This document shows, piece by piece, positions 25,481 through 39,631 of a stretch of 64,000 nucleotides of DNA (the first letter of the stretch is position 1; every line of letters starts with the position of its first letter). The notes beneath the pieces are model-generated. The model saw only the letters and a list, made by a program, of their open reading frames with translations. It made no database searches and had not been told where the DNA came from. Both the position numbers and the translations under genes were made by a program. Location of the stretch: contig JAYWIR010000001.1 in NCBI GenBank assembly GCA_036172245.1, forward strand, positions 2,542,001 through 2,606,000. The letters are read 5' to 3'. Source of the DNA: Raillietiella orientalis (lineage: Eukaryota).

Positions 25481-27699
25481 TGACTCAGCAACGGGATATC
25501 CGCGATGCTGATCTCAGCTCCACAGTGGTTGCGTGCTGAACAACGCAAGAGCTACTCATTTCAGCCTTTTTTTGTCTACTGCCCTGGCAGAAATGCCGAA
25601 TACGAGGGGAGTCCCTACTAGAGAGTGGGGGTTGAGGGCCGCACACTCTCGCCCAAGGATTAAGGAAAAGAACTGAGGCCGAGGAGCAATTCCAAAAGAG
25701 TTTGAAATAAAGAGAAATGAGTGAATCAAGTCCATTTTTGTTGTTCATTGGTGTGCTTTGTCATAATAATGAACTTCAGAGTTGCTAACAAACCAGAAGA
25801 TCAAAGAGCATTATGTTGACGACGAATAGAAATATTCAGCTGATTAATAAGCACCTCGGACTCCTGGAATCACCGACGCATGGTGCCACGCGCGGAGACC
25901 ACCGTAACCACACGGCCTCCGGGTCACCGAAGAGCTTACACGCTAATTTTTTGCCTGAGGTGACTTCTCGGAGGAAGATATAATTTCGCTCATAAAAATG
26001 ATTTCTAAATAGCTGCTTCTTGAGACTGATCGTTAATTTCCTTCACACATGAACGACACCAAATTCGAATTATGTTTTGTTTGAAGTCTGTATTCTGCTT
26101 TCGACTTTGTTTTGTGGATCGCATGCACGTTTTTAAGTTTGCATGCAGGGTTCGCAGCTAAATTAAACCCACCTTATTCCCTTTTTGCATCTTCCTATCT
26201 ACGTCTAAGTATTTCCCGGACGCTGTTCCGCACTGCGATCCCTTCAGCACGAGAACTTCGTTCTTCCTTTCAAGAATCCACTCTTTCTGCGGTTATCCTG
26301 GATGAGCTCCAGTGACAAAACATCAACCGCTGCTTATGGAACTTGAAAAAACACCACGGGCACGTGCGTTCTGTACAGTGACGACATGTGCTTCTCCTGG
26401 GATTTCATGCGCGTCACATAATTCAAGCGTCTCTTCCTCTCGCAGAAACCGCCAACGAATTTGGAAAAAGAAAAATCAGACTTCCGACTGAGGGTATCAT
26501 TGGCAAACCGGTGCCATGGACCCGTCTTGGGATTTCTGACGACTGTGATGTCTTCTTAGTGAGATAAGTCTATCAACAACGGCAAAAGTAATTCCTAACA
26601 CTTATCTCGAATGCCGAGCCGTGTCGTGTGTGCGTGCGTGCGTGCGCGCTTGGGTGTAGTTTCATAAAGTGTATGAAATCATCGTCCCACATTTCTTTCC
26701 TTGAGGAAAAGCTACACCAGTTAATTTCCTGGATTTCTGATCAGAAATCTCATAAATTCCGCTGGCGTTTGATGGAACAATGTTACCAGCTCCTTGCTGA
26801 TTCAATCGATTTCAGCAGACTCAGAAACTATTGCATATCTGTATGATCCTCTTTAACGACGACACCAACACACCCTTCGGCCAGTGAGCTGCAAATTCTT
26901 GGAATAACACGGAATGAATACAGAATCTATTGTAATCATGAGTGCTCAAACGCTTTCCAGTGTGCGTTTTCAACCGAAAGATCGAAGCTGGAAATTTAGA
27001 AATCAGGTGTGGTATCAAATCGAATTTCGGTATTAAGGATTAAGACAATGCATTGAAGGTGGTGTACATGATCAAAAAGGTCTCGAATGGCCAAGAGAAG
27101 CTGTGCAAACGAATGTATTTAGAGCATGCCAAGGACGAACGTGCTGTTAAGTAACACAGGCATAATCTATTCTGCTGGCTGTTGGGAAATATCGGAATTT
27201 CATTCGTGGTCATTGAAGTTTACGTTACAGATGGAAACTTGAAAACAGTCTCATGAGCACTTGTGATTTCTCGGAAAATTGATGCATACCCGGTAAAAAA
27301 ACTCCAATAGCTGATGGCTACGTTACAAAACACGGACAGCTAGGTGGTGGATGCACACGAAAGCACAGGGCACCCGGCAAGTTTTCATGCTTTTTAAAAT
27401 TTGCATTCAGAATTTGCTCTGCGGAGGGCGTCAGTTGGTGTGTGTGTGTGTGTGGCTCGCTTTAAAACCAAGCCAGAGTTTTGAGGTTTAGCCTCGATTA
27501 GTGTTGGGAGCCAGTAGAGGCGTGAGAGTAAACTTGCAAACACCACCATACATACATTCGTTGTTATGTAGAGTTAATCGCCACCCAGGCTAATCGTTTA
27601 TGATGGCACCAATCCCTTTATGATGGCACAGTCAATTTGTAGTCATTCTTGGTATAGGGATACAGTATCTCCAACACCTGAACGCTTTATCTTCAGATA

Positions 27700-29700
27700 G
27701 ATGTTGTCGATGCTATTGTAAATTAAAGTGTCGTCTTTCCCCACCAAATTCCTTCATACTACAACAAAGGCCCCACTCCTTGAAGAGACGGAAATCGTAC
27801 AAAACTGGTAATAAGTTCTTGAGACACTTCCTCTAACGTGGTTCTTAAAGAGTTCGAGACACTGTTGGAGACTTGTGTGCAAAGGCGACGGAGAATGCGT
27901 ACCATGGATACACATTACACATTTCTTGGTCAGCTGGCGTACAAAGCAATCTTAAAAAGCATGATAGTAATTTGCAATCCTGAAGGAATTTGCCAAGATG
28001 ATGACGTCCTGATGACGATGCCATTTGGAATTATCACCTTGCAACGGTTCACCAATAGCATTTATAATACGTCGAGTGATGTGAAAACAACATTACGATA
28101 AAAAGCGTAATAGTTGGAGAATTTTCATTTCTATGCAATTAAGTGCCATGTCTGGTTACAGCAACTGATAGCTGAAGAAAAGTCTGAGAAACCACGCACA
28201 TTTCCTACACGGAACTTCCTATGTGAACAATAAAATTAAGTGCGCTCCCATCTCAAAGCTCCTGGAGGGCAGTGAGATGTGACAACGGAAGGATATCAGA
28301 ATTTCTAATGATTGTGCAGACGTTACAAAGGGAAAAGCAAAGCTGCAGAATACATGTGATCAAAACCTAGATCTCAACCATCTTCTGTTTGTCCACTGTG
28401 AGGTTCTCATGGCAAACAGGCCTCGTTATTTCTTAATTAAACCTCCAAATTATGAGCCGGTAGGGCCAAGAGGATCAGATTACACTTTGCATGGTCAAAA
28501 AAAGAGTCATCAGTCATAAATTCCATCATGCATGGAGTTTATGACTGAAAATGAGCCCGATTATGATAGTGAGGTTTTATTAGCAAAAGAGCATAACCGA
28601 TACTCACAAGCTTTAGCCCGGTTATCCTTGAAATTAAACTTGGGGCAATTTGTATGAACGCTGACTTAATAAAAAGACAAACAAACCAGAAAACAAAAAC
28701 TTTGGGAAGGAAGGAATGAATCGGGGAGCCAAATCTCCTGGAACTTGGGGATGGCTTTACAAATCGGAAAGAATCTTCGCAGTCAATGGGCCACTTCGTG
28801 CAGCACAACAAAATACCAACAATCAACAAGTTCATGTCCTGGGTGCCAACGAGTGCAGAATTGTTGCGAAAACGGCAGCGCCAAAGTTGAAAGCTTGCTT
28901 GGCATCGAACACCGTTGGCAACCCTGCGATCACATTCGACTTGCGGACCGAAACACCTCTCGACTATCGTGACTCTTGACCACTTTTCCAGTAAACACAG
29001 CAGTAGAAAGCGACATACCACTTTTGCAAGCATGATCGGAACTGATGCTCATTCAATGTACGTAGTATTAACAAAACATTCATTTAACTTCGTGTTAAGA
29101 GCAATTAAGAGGTTACTCGTCCGGGTTAAAACTGTCTAGAAAACATTTCCAGGCTATTGAGATTTTTTTTTTTTTCCACATCTGCTGAACCGATGAAATG
29201 TTACCAAACTTGACCGATGAAATGTTACCAAACTTGTAGTCAGTGCTACGACATGTCGCTTCCTTCCTGAAATCCAACCAACAAGTCCTGACCAACACAA
29301 ACGGGAACCCCTAGCAGTGCAGTAGAGTTCTTGGTAGGCATCCGCGCATTTCTTTCACACGTGCCTTAAATATATTCAACTCTTGGAATTCTGCTGTATT
29401 ATGTTCCGAAAATTTGCAAAACTTACGCTAAAATTTCACATCATCGTGTTCTGCATTGACTGATCGATGCAAAAGTTTGTAAACAGTTTCCACCGTGGCT
29501 ATTTTGCTAACACGCTAAACTACAGTTTCAAACGACGAAGTTTCGTTGGAAATGCATGCTATGTAAGCTATTCCTCAGACGCAAAAGAAGGATCGATCAC
29601 TATAGGTCACAACAAACCATGGTCCAATACAACTCGAATCCTAAAGGTACAAATGAAATGGTGCTGAAAATTTTGAGCTCTTCGGCGTTAATTCAAACCG
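27700..29700 (+). mobile_element. Heavily decayed Ty3/Gypsy pol relic (RT to integrase)
   Basis: VLKEFETLLE and MPFGIITLQRF (RT, 27838-28101); MIGTDAHSMYVV (approx. integrase LIVVDAxSKW, about 29030-29070); KFVNSF (approx. ERFVQTF, about 29475). Confidence 0.45.
29189..29236 (+). repeat. Perfect tandem duplication, 24 bp x2
   Basis: ACCGATGAAATGTTACCAAACTTG occurs twice in succession. Confidence 0.95.
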
Positions 29701-30992
29701 AATTGTTCTTAAATATTAGCACGTCGTTTTTCTCTGCCAATTACAATTGTAGGAGCTTTTGCATTTGTAATCGAAACTGCCCTACTTCCCATCGTAACTT
29801 GAAAACCGAATATTTCTAACTCGACATGAATAATGTGGAGCAAAAATTATGTATCTCCTACTTCCAATATATGTAAGCATGTCCACCTACTACAAACTTT
29901 TTTCATTTCTCAACCTGGACTGTCAGTACGCATTTTTGATGTAATGAGCTTATCAGGTGAGCACTCTTAGCAGTTGCATTTGATTCTCAAGGGCGATAAG
30001 CTGGCACATGGAAACACATCCATGGAACCAGGACCAACAACACTGCAAGTTTACTGATGTTCACCAATGAAAAATTATTTAGTACTGAAAAACTCAACAA
30101 TTATTAACAATTGACCACTTGCTTAATGTTGTATTTCATCTTTATTTGGTGGTGCAAATAAACACAAGCAAATGAAACAAAATGCTCGGTTACCTTAGGT
30201 TGACAAGTTTAATTTCTAAAATGAGACATTTTATTCTGACCAGTCTTTAGCATTTATACTGAGATATGATGATGAAATTCAGCTCTTTTCAAATGCCATT
30301 TTTTGGAACAATGACATGCAATTGGACTGCAAATAAATGTCCTTCTATCAATATAAAATACCGGTCTTGTGACACCTACAGGCTTTCACGTACTCACTCT
30401 TCAGTGTTTTGTATGAACCTAAAATGACACATTACCATCAAAGGAAATATAACTGATTGCAGGGCTATTGCTTGACATCTCAATCATATATCAAATTCTT
30501 TTATATAACAGGAAGTCATGCTTTCGGTTATTCATACAAAAAGCTTTAAAATGCTTTAAAAGAACTCTAAAATTTCAGCAAATCAGATATGCCTGAGAAA
30601 GAAGACTTCAATGTAATCATGGGAACCTCATTTGCATAACCATATTAGCAGCCTCAACATTACCTCAAAAACTAAAACAATAAGAACCTACTTGATTTTA
30701 TAGTTAAAGACCAAGTGCTGATGTTTAAATAAAATGACACATTCTTACTCACTTATGAGAAGGTTAAAAAAAAATCAGTCCCAAAAGAACAAATCTGTTA
30801 TGCATCTGTGAAATTTTTGAAATCTTTGAATATAGATTTATCAACTTTCGAATTTGTTTGTAAAAAGACACTACAAAAATACATTCAACTGCAACCAAAT
30901 GGTAGTGTAATTTTTACTGAGGAATGGATTTGGATGGAAATCAGAGGTGGGTCTACTTGCAAACACAAGCACGTAGAGCAATGAAATGTAGC

Positions 30993-33423
30993 CTAGCTTA
31001 CAAAGCCTGATGATCCAAAATTTGAAACAGCAGGACTATAAGCTGAAAGAGATGATCCACCACTACTGGAAGATAGTGTGGGGCTCAATAAATCATCCAT
31101 GAGAACACCAAGATGATAGGATACCTGCAAGATTTGGACTCAAGTATGAACATCTTTTACCAACCTTCTTAAACTTAGCTGGTGTCCAGTCAGCAGTATG
31201 AAATTCCAACACTGACCTGAGCATGGAAAAGGCTGTGAAGAGAGCTAATTTTTGATCATGTTCGTCTTTTACTTTGCATTGTGACTGGGAAATAAGCATT
31301 CAATATATCAAAGCATGTTCTTAAAGACCTACTAGCATGTACAGTAGGCGGCCCAACAAGGAGATAGACAGAGACGCATTTTGTATTTCCTCTATTTTTT
31401 CTTTGTCACTTTCAGAGAGATTCAAAATTTCTTTAAGCTCTGCCCAGGGATCAAACTCTGATTCAAGATCATCCTTTGCTCCAAAATTGTGTGTGGTTTC
31501 TTGGATTGGCAACCTTTTCCCATCTTTACAATCATCTAAAGGATTGTTGCAATTCTGCATTATTTCTCGAGAAAGGTCCTCTGATCCTTGCTTATTATAT
31601 GATTCATAAAAGGGATGTTTCCCTTTTGCTGAACTATGTATAATTTCTATATCTTTACGATGATAGTTGGAATCATTACTGCAATGGGAATGATCTCGAA
31701 AATCACGATGACGATCTCTATAATTTTTATAGTCATCAGGGAAACTCCTTTTAGAAAATCGTCCACCACTTAAGTTTCCACCACCACCAGCACTTTAGAA
31801 TAAATCAGTAAATCACAATCACAATTACTTCAATTAAATTTGAATCATGAAAATCACCTCTTCATCCTGGAATTTTTTTGAAAATTTTTTTCCTTTGACC
31901 AGATCTCTTTCTGCATGGAAGCATCAGGTATTGATTCATGATCTATGATAGAACAAAATATATCTTTCAGTTATATGCTGGACCTCTTACTATAGGTAAC
32001 ACGAATATCACTGACATTACGTCCTTGTTTTTCCTCCAGATACTGTGCTTGCTGAAGGATTTTATGCTCTGGTAATGACAATCCAAAACCATTTTTCTAT
32101 AAAGGCCAACAAACATTACCAAAATATCATAAATTTCACCTTATAAAGAAACTACAATGTGCTCAATGAATTGAGTAATGCTTGAGAGCATTATTATTTC
32201 TAAATGAAGGGAATGATTTTATTAAAGTACGGAATATATTCTCATCATTTATGGGAGCATACCAATACTTTATCAATGTGTTCTAATCCTTCAATGTGAT
32301 GAATCATACTCTCTCCAAGTGATTCATAGTTACATAGAGAACACCTAAAATATGTTTCCCTCTTTGGATCTTCAAATCGAAATTCTTGGATGCACCAAAG
32401 GCCTAAAATCATTTTTGTTTGTGATATAATGAACAAGGAAGACTATAACATGTATTTATTTTAAAATACATTTGACACTTTGTGCTGTTTGCTAATCATC
32501 TATTCTTGAATATACCAATATTTGACCCATAAATCATGCACTATCCATTGGGTTTTCTTTGTTTTAATGGTAAATGAAAGTTATTTATAACTTGTCATTT
32601 CGCCCTTAGCACACTATGGCAAAGTGATTCTTTTACATACTACTACTCATTCTACAACAGGTATTTTCAATTCATGAAAAAATATGCTAATTCTCACACT
32701 TTCAGTCTACTTATTTTATTGTAAACAGCCATATAAACACAATACAAAAATTTTGGGGGAGAAGTCTGGAAAAAACAAAACGCTTGAATTTGTTTCGGTG
32801 TGGAGCAACACTTGCCAATATTACAAAAATTCCTCCATAAAATTCATGTTACGGAAAGCCATCTTTTATGTTATCTAACTGTAAACCAGAAGTTTGCAAT
32901 TCTTTACTGTTACTGGTATTTTGATGGGTCACGAAAAACACGCATTAATACAAAAAGTTTTCAACAATTAATGGTCTGTGTACAGCATAAACAAGGAGCT
33001 CGATACACATGAAAACAACCGCCATTAAGAAATTGCTGCTGAGAGCTCGAAAACTTTGGGGTTTTTGATAGCACATTTACTGATAACATTCGTTTTCTTT
33101 CAAATAATCAAGAATTTGGTTAGGAAACGTTAGAAACCTGCGTTTCGTTCGTGATTTAACGATTTAGGGATGCACACAACGGCAACCACAAACGCTCTAA
33201 AATCCGGAAAACTTTGAATGCATATTTCTTAGTCAAAAAGCATCCACTAGTGACATGGAATCGCGAATTTCTCGAAACCGTGACCACAAATTTACACATA
33301 TGCATTATTAGCACATAAAACTCCAACTAAATTACCAATCATGGGGGTTGTAGACTGTTTAACCCTCCGCTGAAATTCACCATTCTTAAAAGGTGCTCTT
33401 CTGCGATATGGAAAAGATGCCAT
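30993..33423 (-). CDS. Uncharacterised zinc-finger protein (U1/matrin-like C2H2; Drosophila CG7065-like). Exons 33336-33423, 32263-32402, 31991-32096, 31858-31942, 31333-31792, 31165-31284, 30993-31124 (last two junctions less certain)
   Basis: In-frame splice reconstruction: MASFPYRRRAPFKNGEFQRRVKQSTTPMIG|LWCIQEFRFEDPKRETYFRCSLCNYESLGESMIHHIEGLEHIDKVL|KNGFGLSLPEHKILQQAQYLEEKQGRN... The PxIGL..E..YxCxLC...H..G..H...AxxLExxxGR pattern is typical of the CG7065-type domain. Confidence 0.72.
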
Positions 33424-33699
33424 CAATGCAAAAAAACACGGAAAGTTCTAGTAGAATTTAAAACTCGAAGTCCACTTCCAAGAAGCTTTCTGCAATTCAG
33501 TATCTTCCTCATAAAAAAAAAAAAAAAACGTGCACACAACCTGGAACACAAAACATGTGAAATGGTGCATTGACGCGAAAACCGGGCGTAAATCGCACGA
33601 ACGCGTACAACACCTATCCAGGACTAACAACACCAATCTACAATTCCACGATGGAATCTGCTCCGAGCCGTCATACTGTTTTTTTGCCAAATTTCTCTG

Positions 33700-34170
33700 C
33701 TTCCCAGTTTTTCGAACACGTACACTGTGGTACCTACATCATCCGGGCACAGCTCCCATTACAGCCCAGCCTCGGTGCTGCTCCAATTAAGGCATTTGCC
33801 GATCGCCATTTCCGCACGGCTCGGCGAAGCGCACGGCGCGACTCGCACGCCGCCGCCGCCTCCTTTTCGCCAGGGCGCCGCAAGAAGGCTGCTTGCCCGA
33901 AGAACGGTGTTTTCCCGCGGGACGCTCGCGCTGGTGTTGCTGCTGCTGCTGCTGCTGCCGTGTGTACGTGTTTGCCGGTCGCCTTTGAGAGTGTTTTGCG
34001 TGATTCCGAGTGACGCGAAAGGCTCCCTCTGCCAGCTGGTCGCCCCAACCGTCCTTCCAAAACAAAACCTTCCACAGTGAGGGCCGATGTGCACTCGCCA
34101 GTTCGCCGGAGTGTCCTCTGTCGCCCCAGGCACCAAGAGTTCGTGGGAATTGTTTTTTGGCCAGCAGTCG
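33700..34170. promoter_or_regulatory. CpG island-like segment upstream of the zinc-finger gene
   Basis: Local GC/CpG-rich stretch with (GCC)n and (TGC)7 runs inside AT-rich DNA, 300-750 nt 5' of the ATG at 33423. Confidence 0.45.
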
Positions 34171-35499
34171 TCCCTTTTCAGCAATGCACCTTTTCATTTC
34201 AGTGCTCATTGAGAGATAGGCCGTGAACCCAAACTGTGTTTTCATTTTCTGTTTATATTCATTTTGGGGGGGGGGGACTTCCGGCGCTGCAAAAGACTTC
34301 CGGAAACGAAGCATTCTCTTTACGGGAGTCGCAGTGGTCCAAAGCGAAACGACGAATTCACTGAATACTTATTCAAATATTTTACTAGGAGGAAGAAAAA
34401 AAAAAAAAAAAAACAGCGCAAAACAAACATCTATTCGCCACTTCTATATAGTAGCTTGCCTTATGGTTGCATTATTTTGCACCACAATGGTCTTCGATAT
34501 CCAGTACGAAGTGCAAAACCACCCTATCGAATTCCGGGCGTATGAAAAGCACGGTTACCAATAGAAAAGAAACATTATAAATAACAAAATATCAAAAGAT
34601 TTCAAATGCAGAGAAAGAAAAATAAATAACAAAATGACTTAACCTAATCTAATAGTATATACTAGAGTAGAGAGTACATTGCACTTTGAAGCGCTTTGCC
34701 AAAATGCATTTTACAGCGTGGACAACAATTACATCACTTAAACTGCATCGGGCACCATACTTTCGAGTGCAATTCAGTTTTTCTTTGGTAATTCTAATTC
34801 TAAATTTGCGGATCCTACATTTCTGCAATGTTGTAGATGCTCCAATCCATTATCATAGTAGATGTAAATACAGGAATTAATTCAAATCTGCACTAAGCTC
34901 ATGAAAAGCTTCAGTCTCTCCCCTCTATGTGCAAGTATCTGATATGCTATCTTGCTTTTGTTTCCAGAGCTTTTGCAAAACAAAAGGCAAAACTCGCAGT
35001 CACATAACTTCGGACGTTGAGTACGATACTTCAGACTTCAATTTGGAGACATTATTTTGTCTTCAACAAATTTTATTCAGTGCTTTGTTTTTTTGATGTC
35101 CAGACATTTAGGCTTTACGATGCTGTATTATGTATGCATAAATCTAACCAAACATTTCATGTCATTCCTTGTCAATTCCATTTCTTCAATCGAACACGTA
35201 TTCATTTTAATTTTCCAATATGTGTGTATTATTCATCGCCTCAAGCATTAAGAACACGCATTCTCTTGTCACATAGAATTATAATCACATTCCTCTTCAT
35301 CAGAAGAACATAGCATGAGCTCATAACTTACTGTGAGACATTATTTACATTCCGTTGCCCTGCTTTTACTAGAGTGCCAGGCAGGGTATGTCAACTTTAA
35401 AAATCTCCTCCTTCAAGTGACAGAATGACTTGCACAAAGTCTTTATAAATTAATAACTTCACAAATTAGCACTGAAATTATGGCAAACATCATCCGTGG

Positions 35500-35850
35500 T
35501 TATCAGTTAGAATCCTGCAGCGATTTTCTCTACATTCTGAGCACTGATTCCAGCGTTTCGAAGGACAGAAAGAATCAGAGGAATACAGCATGCAACTTGT
35601 GTTGAGTCACACTTATGGGTGTACGCCCAGAAAAACTTGGACGAAGTCAACCAGTTTTTGTAGGGCATATCGAAGGATATTCGAAATGTGTATTCAGTGG
35701 CGACTGTTGTCGTCGTTACCAAGGTGATCCAGTATCTTCCCTTATTGTATTGATTGCCTTGGGCCGGGAAATCTGAATTCCCACTCCCATTTGATGATCG
35801 CTGCTCTCTCTTCTATACAGGTCATGTATTTACTGAAACGAAGAACACCC
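35500..35850 (-). mobile_element. Decayed LTR-retrotransposon RT fragment
   Basis: IREDT, then TEYTFRISFDM, then LSVLRNAGISAQNVEK (approx. VLxxLRxAGLxLNxEKC). Confidence 0.3.
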
Positions 35851-36579
35851 TTTCGTGTGCGTGTATGTACTCAAGCCACAACGATTTGACCAAATTCCAA
35901 TGGGAAGAATGAAAAGATGCATGATGTTGCTCCAGAATTCTGATGCTTCAGACAGTTCGTTAAGACTTTATGCTTTCCGAATTACGCTGTTTTGTGTTTC
36001 TGAAAACACGAGGTAGAGAACAATTTAGTGCTACGGATGGGAATAAAGAGAGAAAAAGTGTATTCCTCAATGAAACCACCTTCAGCTTGTTTTCACTTTT
36101 GATGAACTAGATTAATTTGGAGAGCATTCCCTTTTGACAACTAGTTACAAGGAGAAAACTTTATCCATTTAGCTAAATCGTTTGCACTGCTGACTGCATT
36201 TTTATACGTAGGTACATCAGATAGCTTATATACTGAAGCAATGCACAAATCAGACAACGCATACAAAAGAGATGCCCACTTACATAGGTAAGTGGGCTTT
36301 GATGAGAATTGTTCAGTTTGTGCACACATCATTAACATGCTGTGTACGCAAAATGAACAATTCTATGCACACTGCACTTGAATGATGTTGCTCTGTTGTT
36401 CTTTGGTTGAAGATCAGCCTTGTAAGTAGTCGATAAATGGATTAAAGCAATCACATGTTATTTGATGTAATAAACATGGGAACTGCCATTAGGAGATTCA
36501 AGAATTATGAGTTACAGTGTAGTATATTAAGAAGGTTAATTGAGGAATAAGAGATGGCTATAAAGGACGCGCGACGAAG

Positions 36580-36890
36580 CAGAGAGGATCCTTTCCGGGT
36601 TCCCTTCATAGAAGAAAAAAAAATGAAGCGGATTTCCCAGGGGGTCCTCCATAGGGAATAAGAAAGGAGATTCCCTTCGGGATTCCCCTTCAGAGACAAC
36701 CAGGGTGGAGGTGATCTCCATTACCGGGGATCCCTCCCTAGGCGTGAGAGGAACGGACTCCGAGCCCTTCCTGGATTGATAGGGAGGACCTCTCCCGGGG
36801 TACCCCCTATCTTTAAGAGTTACCCACCCTCGGGTGGCGTGGAACCGTGTCGAAGAACTGCGAAGACAGAAAAGAAAGAATTTCCATCAT
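36580..36890 (+). repeat. Unclassified dispersed repeat family A, copy 3
   Basis: GC-rich island in AT-rich DNA: TTCCGGGTTCCCTTCA ... CCCTTCCTGGAT ... CACCCTCGGGTGGCGTGGAACCGTGT, collinear with 5320-5500. Confidence 0.65.
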
Positions 36891-37719
36891 CCTATAAAAT
36901 ACATGATCAGCTGAGTAGACAAAATTAAAATTAATGGTCCAATTTTCTAAAATTCTAATAATCTGCAATATAAAGTAATAAACAAGAACTTTCAAAGATA
37001 CATCACACAGCCCATGGCTAAACTTCATTTGTGCCTAATCACCAATGTAATGTGTATTGAACTTAGCATGCGAATAAATTGCCTAAATTTCTGTTCTCCT
37101 TGGAATTAAGGAAAAAAAAAAAAGTTTCAGATGTGGATGAGTATGTTTGTGGTTACGCTTAATTAAAAAAAATTCAGCTATGCTTTCAAGGTTCGAAAAT
37201 CAAAGTGGATGCCTTATAAGAATAAAAATCGTGCGTCTGGAATGTAAACAGATTAACTGATAAGGTGAAGGATAACAATTTCAGGTTGAGAAGTAGAAGT
37301 TCGTGTAAGGAAGCAGCTTTATTTTCTTTTTAGCAACCATATTCTTGCTAGTAGCCAAAAAACAAAAAAAAAAAAAACGCAACATGGGTCACACTGCCCT
37401 TGTGTGGGCACACAGGGTGGCTTGATTAGCCTTCTCGTGGAAGTATTGGTGTACTATAGTGACAGTAAAGGATTTAATTCGGTAATTAGACTATAACATG
37501 GCCACATAATAATTTCTTGATGCAGAAGCAACTTCTGCCTTTCAGAAGTGAGCAACGACCTTGAAGAGGGATTCAAATCTGGAAATGTAGGTCAACAGGC
37601 CAAGACCAAACACTTCAGTAACGAAAAGGTAGAGCGAAATTACCAAGACATTAAGCTAAGGATGACATCAGAACCTCTTAGCATTAGGGATCATTGGAGA
37701 CGTGGAGGCACTTGAAAGG

Positions 37720-38450
37720 TCAGACCCCTCCCTGTAGCAGTGACATTAGACGCTTGGGAACACTCCCTGGACGAGTTCCTCGACAATCCTAGCTCTCCTA
37801 GGATTCAACGAGAAACCATTCAGAACTCTGTGGATTCCCTCCTGAATGGGTGGAAAGTGGAAGCTGGGAATTTTCTGTAGAGAAGAAAATAACCTACCCG
37901 ACCCGCAAAGATCACGAAGCCCATGGGGAAAATGCCTCGGCTGGGCGCGAAGCCAGCTCGCATGGAGTCCGCGAAGGTGAATCGAGACTCTGGAGTCCCG
38001 GTGGAAACTTCGAGATCCTGGTCTTCCCCACCGACGCCAGAGGTGCCTCCCTCTACGCTGCCAGGAAAACACCATGCTTCAGAATGCCCGCACCCCTCAG
38101 TGGGGAGAATCTTCAAGGAATTTAACTTCTGGGGGATAACAGAAACTCCACTGCAGGTGCCATTTGAATGTGAAGACCGGATCTGGGACAGAAGCGCGTC
38201 GGAGAACTAAGCTCGGCGGCGCTTCGTTCTCCGGTGGTGTACCCATTCAACGAAATGTCCACTTCTCCAGGTTTACCGGCTGCCTGCTCTCCGGAGATTC
38301 TCCTCCACGCGCGTGAAATGGAGGAAGGGCATGGCTGCAGTTCCAGAGAGCCGTTTGCTACCTTCATCGCTTGCATGCCAAGGACGGTGGAAAGGCCCAA
38401 TCCGACATGCCATTCGCTCATGGAACCTTCGTTCATGGAACCTGTTCATC
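37720..38450 (+). mobile_element. Decayed I/Nimb-type LINE RT C-terminal fragment
   Basis: Ordered, frameshifted remnants IQNSVDSLL, WEFSVEK, DSGVPVETSRSW (approx. LGVxxDxxLxW), WGITETPL, AALRSPV (approx. GAFRTSPV). Confidence 0.5.
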
Positions 38451-39274
38451 CCATTCCTCATTTATCTACCCATTTACTGGAACTTCCTCATTCTCCAATT
38501 ATCCCCAGTTCTGTCCCTAGTGAGGAGTATAGTCACTCCGAATTCGGGCTGGCAAATGTTGGTCTTCGATGTAAACATCTTATTTCTTCGCTTGAAATAA
38601 ATGGTTGGGTGATTCATGATAAAAGGACAGGGCGTTTATTTTAAAACTTCATTTATGAATTCGAATCTGTAGAAATAACTTAATTCTGCATTTCTCCAAA
38701 ATATTTTAGCAGAAACAAGCTGGCGTGCTGTCATCCCAAATGTCCTAAATCGTTGAAACTCACCAATTTTGCGAATGCGACTGACTTATCTTGCATTGTA
38801 TTTAGGTTTGAGCAATGAGATTCCTGAATGTAATGTAATAAAACAACCTCGAGGCAACAACTAGTGGACGATAGACACTCATTATGGTGCGCCTAGAGAG
38901 CTCATGCATGGAAAGCCCTAAATGTCACCTAAGATCAACTTACTCAGCCTCCTTCAGCCACTGTCATTTTTCATGCATAAATAAGCACATTCACGAAACC
39001 TCGACACATAAGTTCGCGCCCTCTAGTTATGTTGTGGCATATTGGTTGGTTTGCGATAATCTACAAAAATCCACTAGATAAAAGTCATTCACATTCGTGC
39101 TCGTTACTCCAGGATTGTGCACTCTTCGAGGACATTGAGAAAAGCCTAGTTTCTTCGGAGGATGTTGCAAATTAACTCAACTCTCCTTTCTTACTATCAG
39201 GCTGTCTTCAAAAAGTTAGCAGATTTCTGATTCTGTACATTAATGCAATTCGTGATATGTGAAAAATAATAATG

Positions 39275-39608
39275 CAGTGGTACCTCGGTACTCGTCGGTA
39301 ATTCGTTCCGGAACCCTTGACGAGTGCCGAAATTGACGATTACCGAACGAATTTTAATTCAACCATTTTAGGATCCATTATTAACGCTTAAGATGCACAG
39401 AAAGCACACAAAAAGGAACGATTCGGGAGGCACTCTAAGGAAATGTTCGGCACGATTCGCGAGCTACCATGAAACGAAAGCATTCACTTGTGAGAGTGGG
39501 ATGTAGAGTTCCGAGCATGCAACGAGTGTCGAAACATTTTTCTTGTGAAAATAAGACGAGAATTGAGTTTGACGAGTTCCGACACCGTCGAGTACCGAGG
39601 TATGGCTG
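39275..39608. mobile_element. pogo/Tigger-type (Tc1/mariner) MITE, 334 bp
   Basis: TIRs CAGTGGTACCTCGGTACTCGTCGGT versus reverse complement of the right end CAGCCATACCTCGGTACTCGACGGT; subterminal TTGACGAGTnCCGA repeats. The TA target duplication is degenerate (TG / TT). Confidence 0.75.
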
Positions 39609-39631
39609 TTTAGGGAAACGCTGTTTGTATC

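Noticed and set aside
29946-30010. Hairpin AGCTTATC...GATAAGCT followed by ACA, H/ACA snoRNA-like
   Set aside because: No H box or first hairpin, weak upper stem and no convincing target.
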